A stretch of DNA of 64,000 bases from a virus. The notes under the pieces were generated by a model. That model was given only the letters and a program-made list of their open reading frames with translations. It was not told where the DNA came from and did not search any database. The stretch spans positions 22,554 through 86,553 of the IMG/VR virus record IMGVR_UViG_3300029267_001213. The stretch is one strand, 5' to 3'. Position 1 is the stretch's first letter; every line of letters starts with the position of its first letter. A program made the translations under genes and the position numbers. Positions 47,114-56,732 of the stretch are shown one piece after another.

Positions 47114-47778
47114 AATATCCTATAGTGGAAATATTCAAATCGGTTCAAGGCGAAGGAATTATGATGGGTACTCCGGCAGTGTTCATTCGGTTTGCTGGAT
47201 GCAATATTAAGTGCAAGCGTTGTGATACTGATTATAGCGAGAGGGAAAAACTTACTCTTAAACAAATCATTAAACGTGCAGCTGAATTGAGACAGGACTT
47301 CGAATGGCTTGTGCTTACCGGTGGCGAACCTTTTCTGAGTATTGATGAAAAATTACTGGAAGGTCTGGCTAATGAATTCGGACGAAGACTTATTCAGATT
47401 GAAACGAACGGATCGGTCAGGCCGAATATCGGCGGACGCTATCAGAAGATGTTGAGCTTCATGAAAAAAAATGTTGAGCATATTACAGTATCTCCAAAGC
47501 TGCCATGGGATGCTATTCATCCGTGGTGGGTGTATGCGGCCAAAGAAATAAAAGTAGTGTGGCCTCCACTGGCTACGGACGTGTACAACGGCGAGGCGTT
47601 ATTAAGTCAATGCTACAGCGTGGCATTGATTCGTAAAATTCCGTTATGGATACAGCCGAGAAATACAGGCAAGAAATTGTCTGCGAAAAATATAGCGAGT
47701 GCATTAAAGAAGGTACAGCATTATTCTGCTGCAGCCAGATTGGGCATTCAGGCGCACAAGGCATGGAACATTCAATAG
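47110..47778 (+). CDS. queE: 7-carboxy-7-deazaguanine synthase (radical SAM)
   Basis: EIFKSVQGEG...G.PAVFIRFAGCN.KC..CDT, LTGGEP, IETNG, TVSPK, QP and Q.HK motifs. Confidence 0.92.
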   Translation: MKYPIVEIFKSVQGEGIMMGTPAVFIRFAGCNIKCKRCDTDYSEREKLTLKQIIKRAAELRQDFEWLVLTGGEPFLSIDEKLLEGLANEFGRRLIQIETNGSVRPNIGGRYQKMLSFMKKNVEHITVSPKLPWDAIHPWWVYAAKEIKVVWPPLATDVYNGEALLSQCYSVALIRKIPLWIQPRNTGKKLSAKNIASALKKVQHYSAAARLGIQAHKAWNIQ

Positions 47779-49310
47779 AGAATATTGATTCAAGGTGGCG
47801 CGAGCCAGAGCAGCATCTGGTAGATATTCCAGACGAGGAAATAACTTTATCGAGCGATAGACACGAGGCGAAGCGCAGGGCTAAAGCACTGAGAGCGATG
47901 CAGTGCAGACAGGCCAGAAAAAATCCTAATGCTTTTATAGAATATGCAATTAGAGACAAACACGGAAATCATATACGACAGGCTTGGTATCATGAAGAAT
48001 GGCAGGATGCTATTTCCAATCATCAAAGCGTTTTCATTATGGGACCAAGGCGACATGGAAAGACTACTCAGATAGTTGGACGGATTGTATGGGAGCTTGG
48101 CAATGATCCTTCATTGAGAATCAAGATAGTCTGTCAAAATGATTCGAAAGCAGCAAAGAGACTTTATGAAGTTCAGCAGCATATAGAATCGAATCCACGG
48201 GTAGCGGATGTCTTTCCTAATTTACGGCCAGCTGAAAAAGGCCGTTGGAATAATCATCAGCTTTATGTGCATCATGAGGGTATTCACAGAGAGCCAAGCG
48301 TTGAGGCATTCGGCGTTGAGTCGAGTGCATCTGGAGATCAGGCAGATTTGTTGATTGCGGACGACGTTGTGGACAGGCGGAATGCTCTTGGTCAGCCGAA
48401 AAAGCGCAAGGTAATTATTCAGGCATGGGAGTCAGACTGGGAAAACCTTTTGAATCCTGACAGCCGGGTTATTTACATATGCACTTTATGGCACCGAGCT
48501 GATTTGTCTCATAAGCTCCGAGACTCCGGCAGTTATCACGTATTGGATCATAGCATTAAGGATGAGTTTCATCCTATCTGGCCGGAAGTCTGGAGCTGTG
48601 AAGAACTGATTAAGCGTAAAGATAAGATAAGGACGATAGAATTTAATCGTGGATTCAGAAATGTAGTAACGGATGATGATGAAGCATTAATTAAATATGA
48701 TTCGTTACATTGGTATGAGCCGAAGGAAGTGAAGGTTAAGAATCCTCTTATATTCAGAGGGTATGATTTGGCAATGGGAAAAAATGCAGCAAACAGCATG
48801 TTTGCTTGTGTAACTTTGGTTGTGGATCCGGACGAGAAAAGAATCTATGTTCATCATGGCTATGAAGACAGGATTCCATGGTTTCCAGCACAGGTCCGGA
48901 GAACCATAAAAGATCATAAAGCTTTGCCAGCGGATTCAATATTAATTGAGTCCGTAAATTATCAGCGGGCGCTGGGTGAGCAGCTGGCGGAATCAGCTCC
49001 TGAATTGCTCGGATTGATTCAGGCGGTGTATCCATTAAAAGACAAAGGATTAAGGTTACAATTTATTGCGCCTTTGATAGAGTCTGGTAAGATACTGTTC
49101 AGTCAGTCATTGAATCCGCAGCGTAAAGGAGCAGGACTTGTGGTTCCATTGGTTGAGCAAATTACAGATTATCCAGTCACGGAACATGATGACTTAATGG
49201 ACGCATTTGTTATGGCGGTCATAGGGGCGAAGCCTTATGTTACCGAGATAGATGATGATGATGACTACGAGGAAGACGAGATACCGGTGCGGATTAGGAC
49301 CATAGGCTGA
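47763..49310 (+). CDS. terL: Terminase large subunit
   Basis: PRRHGKTT, ADLLIADD (Walker B), I.TLWH..DL, nuclease G.DLA, IES..YQ and HDDLMDA motifs. Start probably ATG 47763. Confidence 0.93.
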   Translation: MEHSIENIDSRWREPEQHLVDIPDEEITLSSDRHEAKRRAKALRAMQCRQARKNPNAFIEYAIRDKHGNHIRQAWYHEEWQDAISNHQSVFIMGPRRHGKTTQIVGRIVWELGNDPSLRIKIVCQNDSKAAKRLYEVQQHIESNPRVADVFPNLRPAEKGRWNNHQLYVHHEGIHREPSVEAFGVESSASGDQADLLIADDVVDRRNALGQPKKRKVIIQAWESDWENLLNPDSRVIYICTLWHRADLSHKLRDSGSYHVLDHSIKDEFHPIWPEVWSCEELIKRKDKIRTIEFNRGFRNVVTDDDEALIKYDSLHWYEPKEVKVKNPLIFRGYDLAMGKNAANSMFACVTLVVDPDEKRIYVHHGYEDRIPWFPAQVRRTIKDHKALPADSILIESVNYQRALGEQLAESAPELLGLIQAVYPLKDKGLRLQFIAPLIESGKILFSQSLNPQRKGAGLVVPLVEQITDYPVTEHDDLMDAFVMAVIGAKPYVTEIDDDDDYEEDEIPVRIRTIG

Positions 49311-49341
49311 ATATGGTATAATAGTCGGACGGAGGGCACAG

Positions 49342-51246
49342 ATGCCAAGATCAAAAAAAGGTACACAGAACAAGTCGGGATCCATACTTAAGCGAGTGGA
49401 CGATAATGTCGTAGTGAGGTCTAGAATTATCGGCGATGCCGGGCTGGAGGCATTGAGCAAGGGACTTACCGGCAGACAGGTTGAGTCGCCTTCCGGCAGG
49501 ACAGATACAGAAAACCGTATGAGTGGCATTTTCATGAAGGCGAGTGCTATAGAGCCAGCTATTGATCCGGCCAAACTTCTGCAGATGGGCGAAGTGTCCA
49601 GTACACTGAGAAGTTGTGCAAAAGCATATTCAGTAAATATCGGGGGACGAGGATTAAGAATAGAGCCTTTCGTAGATTTGAAGTCGGAAACCGCAAGAGA
49701 TCAGATAAAAGCGGCGATGCGATATAGGCGCATATTTGAAGCGATGGAAAACAGTGATTCTGATAAGGTACCAGACAGGGCAGAATTAATGAGCATAAAT
49801 GTTGAGGATGAGGAAGTTGATACAGAGATAGATGCTTTGAAATTTGAAGCGGACATGCAATATTTCAAGCTGGAGTCTTTCCTTGATGCTGCGGTATCGG
49901 GACAGTCAATAAGCACTTTGCTCAGAAAGACCGTTTTAGAAAAGCATATTATCGGGTGGGCTGCTTGGGAAGCGTTGCGAGATACCGAAGGCAGACTGGC
50001 TCGTTTTTCATGGTTGCCCGGCTGGACAATCCGTCCTTTGAAAAAAAGCACGCCGGTTCTGGTCAGCGAAATGGAACGAATGGGAAAAGTTTATACTACA
50101 GAGCGGGCTGTTTATCGAAATTTCAGAGGGTACGTTCAGGTAACTCCAGATGGCGAGACTATTTATTTCAAAGAATTTCGAGACCCAAGAGTAATGTCAA
50201 GACAGACAGGACAATACTTTAAGGATATGGCTGCATTCAAGGCGGCTGTAAAGAACCATGAATTAAAGGATGATGATATTCCGGCGAATGAGTTGAAGTT
50301 TTTCAATGTATTCTGGCCGAGAGGTGGGACAGGACTGCCTGAATGGTCAGGAGCTACGGCGGAGGTGCTTGGCATCAGAGAAGCGTCGGAAGTCAATCTC
50401 GCATATTTCAATAATAAAGCCATTCCACCCATGGCGATCATGGTTCATGGCGGGAGACTTTCGAAGGACTCAGTTGAAGACTTGAAGAATCAGATTGAAG
50501 CACAGATTAAGGGCAAGGGAAATTTTCACAAGATACTGATTCTGGAAGCTCAGACTCCAAAGGGCAAACAGGCCAGCGGTCTTATGGAACCGCCGACAAA
50601 GCAGCGGCCAATGATAGAAATGAAGTCTCTTATGGGCGACCAGCTCAAGGATGCTTTGTTTATGGATTACATTAAACTGAGCGAGAACATGATAGGCCGG
50701 TCGATGAGAATACCGCCATTAGCCCGTGGCGGTCATGAAGACTTTAATAAGGGAACGGCACTGGCGCAGCTTCGATTTGTTGAAGACCAAGTATTTGCAC
50801 CGGAGAGGTCTGAATGGGAAGAGTGGTTTAATAATGATGTACTGGAAGGGGCATTGGGAATTACTCTCTGGAAAGTACAAATTGCAGGTACAATTAGTTT
50901 CGATCCGGAGACTATGGCAAAAATTATCAAGGAGCTTTCCGAGTCCGGCAGTATTGTGACCAAGGAAGCGCGGCAGGAAGCTGCCAAGATCCTCGGACGC
51001 ACTCTGGCACCCATTGATGAGCGGTGGACGGATTATCCATTATCAATGGTATTGCAGGGATTGACACCGATTGACAACGAAGAGAGTGAAGATAAGGAAA
51101 CCGACGGTTCGGAAATCGAAAGACTGGTTGAAGAATACCGTGAGAGATGGGCCGCAGGAGAACAGAAAAGCACTATGCGGATTGGTGATACTCTTATTAT
51201 ATCTTTACCGCAGGAGGACTTTGATAAGCTCGTAGAACCGAGATAG
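49342..51246 (+). CDS. Portal protein (PBSX/XkdE-like)
   Basis: Follows terL. YFKEF.DPR, ANEL..F, G.PEW, N.AYF.NKAIPPMAI.V.GG, DALF..Y, IPP...G...DFN..TA and E.QVF.PER motifs. Confidence 0.9.
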   Translation: MPRSKKGTQNKSGSILKRVDDNVVVRSRIIGDAGLEALSKGLTGRQVESPSGRTDTENRMSGIFMKASAIEPAIDPAKLLQMGEVSSTLRSCAKAYSVNIGGRGLRIEPFVDLKSETARDQIKAAMRYRRIFEAMENSDSDKVPDRAELMSINVEDEEVDTEIDALKFEADMQYFKLESFLDAAVSGQSISTLLRKTVLEKHIIGWAAWEALRDTEGRLARFSWLPGWTIRPLKKSTPVLVSEMERMGKVYTTERAVYRNFRGYVQVTPDGETIYFKEFRDPRVMSRQTGQYFKDMAAFKAAVKNHELKDDDIPANELKFFNVFWPRGGTGLPEWSGATAEVLGIREASEVNLAYFNNKAIPPMAIMVHGGRLSKDSVEDLKNQIEAQIKGKGNFHKILILEAQTPKGKQASGLMEPPTKQRPMIEMKSLMGDQLKDALFMDYIKLSENMIGRSMRIPPLARGGHEDFNKGTALAQLRFVEDQVFAPERSEWEEWFNNDVLEGALGITLWKVQIAGTISFDPETMAKIIKELSESGSIVTKEARQEAAKILGRTLAPIDERWTDYPLSMVLQGLTPIDNEESEDKETDGSEIERLVEEYRERWAAGEQKSTMRIGDTLIISLPQEDFDKLVEPR

Positions 51247-51264
51247 AACCAGAAAGAGGGCCCG

Positions 51265-51525
51265 ATGGATACAGGTGAATTAAAAAAGTCAGGCATTACT
51301 TACCAGTTTACAGCACAGAAACCGAAAACAAGACCGGAGAACATTGCTCAGAACATTTGTGATAAAATAAGCGAGATGGGGAGAATGAGTGGAGTCTCAC
51401 TGTCGGAGATTGGTCAAATATCTTTAAGCATTTCATCGTTTGCACAAAAAAGACCGAGACCTCCACAGCTCTGCATAAAGGAAAGGATTATAGATAATGC
51501 CGATAGGAAAGATAAAAGTTATTAA
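51265..51525 (+). CDS. Small protein carrying the shared C-terminal QxxIKERI motif
   Basis: Ends PPQLCIKERIIDNADRKDKSY. First gene after the portal. Confidence 0.65.
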   Translation: MDTGELKKSGITYQFTAQKPKTRPENIAQNICDKISEMGRMSGVSLSEIGQISLSISSFAQKRPRPPQLCIKERIIDNADRKDKSY

Positions 51526-51661
51526 TAAGTCCGTGGTGGACTTTCAGGCGTTTATCAATGCACAGATTCAGGCGAAAGCCGGAAAGCGTCCGTCAGGCAC
51601 AGTGAGCAAGAACCAGAAAGAGAATGAAAAAGAAAGAACCTATCACAAGGGTACACGATAA
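51497..51661 (+). CDS. 54 aa hypothetical protein (below the ORF-track cutoff)
   Basis: ATG 51497 after AAGGAAAGG. MPIGKIKVINKSVVDFQAFINAQIQAKAGKR... fills the gap between neighbours. Confidence 0.5.
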   Translation: MPIGKIKVINKSVVDFQAFINAQIQAKAGKRPSGTVSKNQKENEKERTYHKGTR

Positions 51662-51836
51662 GGCCAGAGTAGCACTTCATTTATGCGGCCTGTCAGACGC
51701 TCCTAAGATTGAAAATTTGCTCAGAGAACTGGCTCGGTTACATCCTAATGCGACACCCATGGAGCTGGTAAATTTTGCTCGTAATGAATCAAATTTGAGC
51801 GAGATGATGGGACATGATCCGTGGGGTGATGAATGA
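51624..51836 (+). CDS. Hypothetical protein
   Basis: ORF in operon order. Confidence 0.45.
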   Translation: MKKKEPITRVHDKARVALHLCGLSDAPKIENLLRELARLHPNATPMELVNFARNESNLSEMMGHDPWGDE

Positions 51837-52148
51837 CGTGGAGGGATTCAGCCGGGGATGTTCCTTTTCCGGATAAAATTAAGCAGTGAAATTGCATGAA
51901 ATGAACAGAACTTAAGTGCCGGTAATGCAAAGTGAAACCCGTTACAAAACGGGCGTGAAAAAAGCGATGTGGTTTAATGTAGGCAAGCGGGAAAGTTATT
52001 ATGGGAAAATGGGCTGCGGCTCTCTGGTGGACGGCGAAATATTCAGGGCGCAAGCAATTGAGATTGCTGGAAAAATAAAAAATAAATAAACAAAATAATT
52101 GACGCTATACAATAGGATAATGTATGCATTGATCAAAAGGAGGGTGCA

Positions 52149-52343
52149 ATGACATTTGAAGAGAAGGTGGACGCATTGGGACATGAGCTGACTCATGGTG
52201 TGGTGGACTTCAGTGATCAGGAATATGACTTCATAAACAACATGGTCGAGCTGGTCGAGTGCTGTCATGAGCCATCAGAAAAACAGGTAAAGTGGATTGA
52301 AGACCTGTATGAAAAACGGATCTATCGTGGAGAGAGCGCATGA
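52149..52343 (+). CDS. Hypothetical protein
   Basis: GGAGGGTG RBS. E.DFI..M......SEKQ.KWI.DLY. Confidence 0.6.
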   Translation: MTFEEKVDALGHELTHGVVDFSDQEYDFINNMVELVECCHEPSEKQVKWIEDLYEKRIYRGESA

Positions 52344-52720
52344 AGTACGAGCCGCTGGAATATGTCATACATACTGAGCAAGGACCGATGATGGTCAAGG
52401 GTTACAAGGTCGGCAAGTATACTGCAATTCGAAATACAGGTCCGAGTACTCAAGGTGAATTCTGGACTAAGGACCATTTACCGACAGGCCGGAAAATTCC
52501 TATCGGGATAAATGATGTAAGGGAAACAGCCCGGTTGATATGTCTGGCATTTAAAAAGGAAACAACTGGTCGAGGAGTGTCATTGAATGATCCGGAAAGA
52601 CGAATGCTGACAAAGCCGGCAGTCAGACGAATCAAGGCATATGGATTATTGATTGACCAGCAAAAGGATGCCGGTCTGGAGCTTGAATCATACGAAAGTT
52701 ATCTGGAGGGTATAAAATGA
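52340..52720 (+). CDS. Hypothetical protein, W..DHLPTGR family
   Basis: Motif shared with 58701-59183. Confidence 0.6.
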   Translation: MKYEPLEYVIHTEQGPMMVKGYKVGKYTAIRNTGPSTQGEFWTKDHLPTGRKIPIGINDVRETARLICLAFKKETTGRGVSLNDPERRMLTKPAVRRIKAYGLLIDQQKDAGLELESYESYLEGIK

Positions 52721-53028
52721 GTCAGATAATGATGTTCGATCCGGAGAGCAAATTGAAGAAGGACTTCAAAAAATTCCATCGGAAAAATCCGCATGTGTAC
52801 GAAAAGCTAAAGCAGCTGGCACTGGACCTGAAGCGTAAAGGTCGGGACAGATATACTATCAATGGATTATTCGAAGTGCTTCGGTGGCATTATGCAATGA
52901 GGACAAATAGCGATGATGAGTTCAAGCTGAATAATAATCACCGGGCTTATTATGCCAGAGAGCTTATGAGAAATGTTCCTGAGCTTTATGACTTTTTCGA
53001 GACGAGATTTGCAAAAGGAGATTCATGA
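52717..53028 (+). CDS. Conserved phage hypothetical protein
   Basis: F..FH..NPHVY..L...A.....G........FE.LRW.......FKLNNN.RAYYAR......P.L..FF..R pattern. Confidence 0.7.
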   Translation: MSQIMMFDPESKLKKDFKKFHRKNPHVYEKLKQLALDLKRKGRDRYTINGLFEVLRWHYAMRTNSDDEFKLNNNHRAYYARELMRNVPELYDFFETRFAKGDS

Positions 53029-53255
53029 TACGGAATCAGAATGATGCCTTGAAAGTTCTTAGAGCTGGTGGCGAGGTTGATGTGGTTTCAGGTTTTAATA
53101 TGGGACGATGTTACATAAAGCACAGGAACGGAAGGTTCGAGTATCTGCATGGCAATACATGGAGGGCCCTGAAACGAAGGTATAGATTTGCAGCTCGAAG
53201 AACAGGACCGTTCGAGATGCGGTATAGGTTGAAAGAGACCAGTCTAAAAAAATGA
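53025..53255 (+). CDS. Hypothetical basic protein
   Basis: AAGGAG RBS, ATGA coupled. Confidence 0.5.
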   Translation: MIRNQNDALKVLRAGGEVDVVSGFNMGRCYIKHRNGRFEYLHGNTWRALKRRYRFAARRTGPFEMRYRLKETSLKK

Positions 53256-53557
53256 GATGTTGCAAAATACCTTCACAGGATCCGGCTATCCTGCATATGA
53301 CTTATTTTAAGGGATCACGGGAAATGGTTTTGAAGGTTGCTGCGCAGAAAAAGTTTCGAGGATTCAAGCCGGGCAGCTTTATAGATTTTCTATCAACAGG
53401 AGAGACAAGAAACATGTGGGTTGTGGATGAGATAGAAGAGGTGAGTGATAGTGTTTTATATTTGTTTTGCATTCGGCCTTTTCAGCTGACAGTAAAAAAA
53501 AAAATAACAAAGGAGAAGATTGATGGAAATAAAAGAATGGCAGATAAAAGTGCATGA
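53252..53557 (+). CDS. Hypothetical protein
   Basis: ATGA coupled. Confidence 0.45.
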   Translation: MRCCKIPSQDPAILHMTYFKGSREMVLKVAAQKKFRGFKPGSFIDFLSTGETRNMWVVDEIEEVSDSVLYLFCIRPFQLTVKKKITKEKIDGNKRMADKSA

Positions 53558-53816
53558 ATTGGCGAAAGAAAAAGGATGGTGGAATGAAAAACGTAATATA
53601 CCGGAACTGCTTTGTCTGATGCATTCAGAAATATCAGAGGCACTTGAGGCGTATCGAAAAAATGACAATGATAATTTTATGGAGGAGCTTGCCGATTTGG
53701 CGATTAGATTATTTGATGCATGTGAGGCTTGGCAGATAGATTTAGATGAAGAAATTGCCAAAAAATATGCAATTAACAAAGCCCGTGAATATCGTCACGG
53801 CGGGAAACGGTGCTAA
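53520..53816 (+). CDS. MazG-like nucleotide pyrophosphohydrolase
   Basis: KGWW...L.LMHSEISEALEA.RK......EELAD..IR.FD.......L...I..K...N..R..RHGGK motif. Confidence 0.88.
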   Translation: MMEIKEWQIKVHELAKEKGWWNEKRNIPELLCLMHSEISEALEAYRKNDNDNFMEELADLAIRLFDACEAWQIDLDEEIAKKYAINKAREYRHGGKRC

Positions 53817-54040
53817 TGATCCACTACCTGACGCGGAAGGAGGGGGCGAAGATGAATGAAGAGAAACTGAAAGAAGAATTCACGATTGCGGAAATCGCAG
53901 AAAGTATAAATCTCATGCGTAAGCGGTATGAACAAGGGCAGGGCAGGTACGCTGATGCAATGTGCCGACTATCATTGCCGATGAGTGAATATCTATTATC
54001 AGAAATCGTTGCTCTGCTAACACAGGAGGAGCAATCATGA
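53810..54040 (+). CDS. Hypothetical protein (start probably MNEEK)
   Basis: AAGGAGGGG RBS before an internal ATG. Confidence 0.5.
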   Translation: MLMIHYLTRKEGAKMNEEKLKEEFTIAEIAESINLMRKRYEQGQGRYADAMCRLSLPMSEYLLSEIVALLTQEEQS

Positions 54041-54228
54041 CTGACAGACCCAATGGGAAAGATGATCCACTGGCAAAGGAGAGTAAACGAGGCCGGGAAT
54101 TGGCAGAACAGTTAGTCGACCACATGAAAAAGATGGGTGGAGCCGAACGGTGCTGGATACCAGTGGCAGGGTATACCGTAGAGGTTGCAGTATTACCGGC
54201 AGACACGCAGGATGTGAGCCATGACTGA
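54037..54228 (+). CDS. Hypothetical protein
   Basis: AGGAGGAG RBS. Confidence 0.5.
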   Translation: MTDRPNGKDDPLAKESKRGRELAEQLVDHMKKMGGAERCWIPVAGYTVEVAVLPADTQDVSHD

Positions 54229-54258
54229 CAAACCAGCATCAAACAAAGGAGAAAAGCA

Positions 54259-54552
54259 ATGAAGTACATTGAAGTGACAGAGTGTAATGTTACCAAGAAC
54301 GAAGGCGATGAAACAGCAAGTGGAAACATGATAACGTTTAAGACCAAATTGTACGACGGTGAAAACGAAAAAGATTACATAGGCGAGATTGCTTACAATG
54401 AAGACTTAGACGTGGACTATCGTTTGATTGAAGTTCTGGCACATGGTGCATCAGCATTAGCCCGGGCCGACTTATTGGAAGACGGTCATGATATTCTTGC
54501 TCAGGTAATTGAGAATGAAATGTACAGGACTATGAGACGGGCGTTGCTTTAG
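54259..54552 (+). CDS. Hypothetical acidic protein
   Basis: AAGGAG RBS. Confidence 0.55.
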   Translation: MKYIEVTECNVTKNEGDETASGNMITFKTKLYDGENEKDYIGEIAYNEDLDVDYRLIEVLAHGASALARADLLEDGHDILAQVIENEMYRTMRRALL

Positions 54553-54688
54553 CCGTGCATTAAGACAGTCATGCAATTGCATAAACTAATCCGGAACAGC
54601 TATTCATTCCGACAGGCTGAAGTCTCACGAGTAGGTCGGCAGATATTCTGGTTGTATGTAAAACACATTAAAGAAATATGGAGGCGAT

Positions 54689-54922
54689 GTGCGAGTTACA
54701 AAATACAAAAAAGGCGAAAAGACAGGAATGCCGGTATCACTGTTCGGCGGTAAGTCAGGCTGGATAAAAGCCGAGATGCCAATGGACGGTATACTGATTC
54801 AGCTAAATGCTTTGGAAAAGTCATCTGGCGGGTGCTTTATATCGGATGCACAGTTGGCCGAGCTTGGATATTATACTCAGGACGAAAACAGAAAGGAGAA
54901 TGAATGCAAAAAGGAATCTTAG
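54689..54922 (+). CDS. Hypothetical protein
   Basis: GGAGG RBS with GTG start. Confidence 0.45.
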   Translation: MRVTKYKKGEKTGMPVSLFGGKSGWIKAEMPMDGILIQLNALEKSSGGCFISDAQLAELGYYTQDENRKENECKKES

Positions 54923-55782
54923 GAATAGTGTTTTTCCTGTCCGGATGTTTTTCCATTCCGGGATATGAGAGTGTAAGTCAGGACGAGGACTGTACCTGTC
55001 CGGACGAGGAGTGTCCTGATACAGCATCAGGCAATGACGATGAGATAAGCAATAGAGATGCCGGGGTGTATGATTCTGGAAACGATGAGTCACAGGACAT
55101 TCCTGATAAACCAGATTTGGAATTTGTGACGGTGCCGGGCAATGCCTTTTACATCGGCAATATAAATGAACAGGGGCCTTGGTATCAGGTCGCAGTAAAA
55201 ACATTTTGGATAATGAAGCATGAGGTTACTGTAGCCGAGTACGGAAAGTGTGTACTGAGCGGGGCATGTACCCGGCCGGTTGATGAGTGTGATTGCATGT
55301 GGTCCGACATAGGCAACGATTATCCGGTGAGCTGTGTAAGTTGGAAACAGGCACAGGAATTTTGCAGCTGGGCGTGTGACTTCTGCAGATTGCCAAGTGA
55401 ATCAGAATGGGAATTTGCGGCGCGAAATGCAGGACAGGGCATACCGTATCCATGGGGGATAGATGCGCCAGATTGTGAGCGTGTAGCGAAAAGCGGATGC
55501 GGTCGCGGAATTGCGACTGTCTGCAGTAAGCCAGACGGCAATACCGAGCAAGGTGCGTGCGATATGCTTGGTAATTTATCCGAGTGGGTTGAGGATGACT
55601 GGCATGATAATTATTCTGGCATACCTGATAACGGCACGGCATGGATTGATATGGACAATTATTACAAGGTGATCCGTGGTGCAAGTTTTATGGACAACGA
55701 GAATGCATTGAGAACGACTTATCGAGAAAAACGAATTCAATATCATAGGGCACCATGGACAGGCTTTAGATGTGCGTATTAG
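54904..55782 (+). CDS. FGE-sulfatase (SUMF1/EgtB/PvdO, C-type lectin fold) lipoprotein
   Basis: Lipobox LSGC. F.IMKHEVTVAEY, YPV.CVSW.QA..FC, RLPSESEWEFAAR, YPWG, DMLGN..EWV.D, VIRG.SF and GFRC motifs. Confidence 0.9.
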   Translation: MQKGILGIVFFLSGCFSIPGYESVSQDEDCTCPDEECPDTASGNDDEISNRDAGVYDSGNDESQDIPDKPDLEFVTVPGNAFYIGNINEQGPWYQVAVKTFWIMKHEVTVAEYGKCVLSGACTRPVDECDCMWSDIGNDYPVSCVSWKQAQEFCSWACDFCRLPSESEWEFAARNAGQGIPYPWGIDAPDCERVAKSGCGRGIATVCSKPDGNTEQGACDMLGNLSEWVEDDWHDNYSGIPDNGTAWIDMDNYYKVIRGASFMDNENALRTTYREKRIQYHRAPWTGFRCAY

Positions 55783-55794
55783 ATTACAAAAGTC

Positions 55795-55824
55795 TTGCAA
55801 AGGAAATAAATAATCCTATATATT
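55795..55824 (+). promoter_or_regulatory. Sigma70-type promoter candidate
   Basis: TTGCAA-N18-TATATT in an intergenic AT-rich gap. Confidence 0.4.
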
Positions 55825-55866
55825 GCAATCAATGAAACCATAACAACGAAGGAGGGTAATAACCAC

Positions 55867-56466
55867 ATGATGAGTGAAGTAGTCAGAGACATAGTTACAC
55901 AGCGAGATGAGCGTGAGGACTGGATTCATGAGCGCAAGCTTCGAGCTGCCGTAAAAAGAGAACTGAACATTATCAGGAGAGCTGAATATCTCAGGCGCAA
56001 GAAGGAGGCGTCTGAATATCTCAGGAAAAATTTTATTCAGATGATGTACTGGCATATGGGATGCAGGAATCATCCGGAAGGACAGGAGCCAAAGACACTG
56101 GAAGAACGTTTCGGCGAATACACTGTGGCGATGGGTTATCGCAAAAGCGGGGTCCGTTCTAATGACGGAAAAAGAATGCTGGTCAGCGTATGTTTCGCAA
56201 TCAGGACGAAAGGCGATTTCTTTTCCCGGCCACAGGCAAGAATGTATATTGCTGACAGATTCAGGAACGAGGATAGAACATGGAATTTTAATGTTTGGGT
56301 TCCGGTGCAAATTATTCAGAATGCTGCTTTCGAAGACGAGGAAAAATATATTAAGGCTTATTTTCTGAACACGGTAGTCAGACAGCCGATAGTATGGACC
56401 AAGCTATCACGCCAGTTCAGAAAATTTATCAGGGATATATACTTAACAGAAGGAAACGTTACTTGA
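55867..56466 (+). CDS. Hypothetical protein
   Basis: GGAGGGT RBS. D.FSR..AR motif. Confidence 0.6.
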   Translation: MMSEVVRDIVTQRDEREDWIHERKLRAAVKRELNIIRRAEYLRRKKEASEYLRKNFIQMMYWHMGCRNHPEGQEPKTLEERFGEYTVAMGYRKSGVRSNDGKRMLVSVCFAIRTKGDFFSRPQARMYIADRFRNEDRTWNFNVWVPVQIIQNAAFEDEEKYIKAYFLNTVVRQPIVWTKLSRQFRKFIRDIYLTEGNVT

Positions 56467-56729
56467 TGCCATTAACGGAAATGGTATGGTGGATGGGCAT
56501 TCTGATTTATCTGGTTACAATTATTTCTGTAGCTGTTGTTATTCGGTCCATTAAGATTCGAGCCGAGCTGGAAGCGGCGGAACGAAATATCAGTAAGATG
56601 ACTGAGTTTGTGGAGCAACAGACGCAGTTCGTAAAATCTATGACTGAGCATATGAATGTTCGGATTAAATATATCCAGAGCAGACTGGATGCCGAAGGCA
56701 AAGACATAGACATTCCGGATATACACTGA
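56466..56729 (+). CDS. Small membrane-anchored coiled-coil protein
   Basis: TGATG coupling, N-terminal transmembrane segment. Confidence 0.55.
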   Translation: MPLTEMVWWMGILIYLVTIISVAVVIRSIKIRAELEAAERNISKMTEFVEQQTQFVKSMTEHMNVRIKYIQSRLDAEGKDIDIPDIH

Positions 56730-56732
56730 CAG

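Noticed and set aside
54904-55782. Diversity-generating retroelement
   Set aside because: No reverse transcriptase and no second copy of the 3' region were seen in the window. It cannot be excluded elsewhere in the genome.
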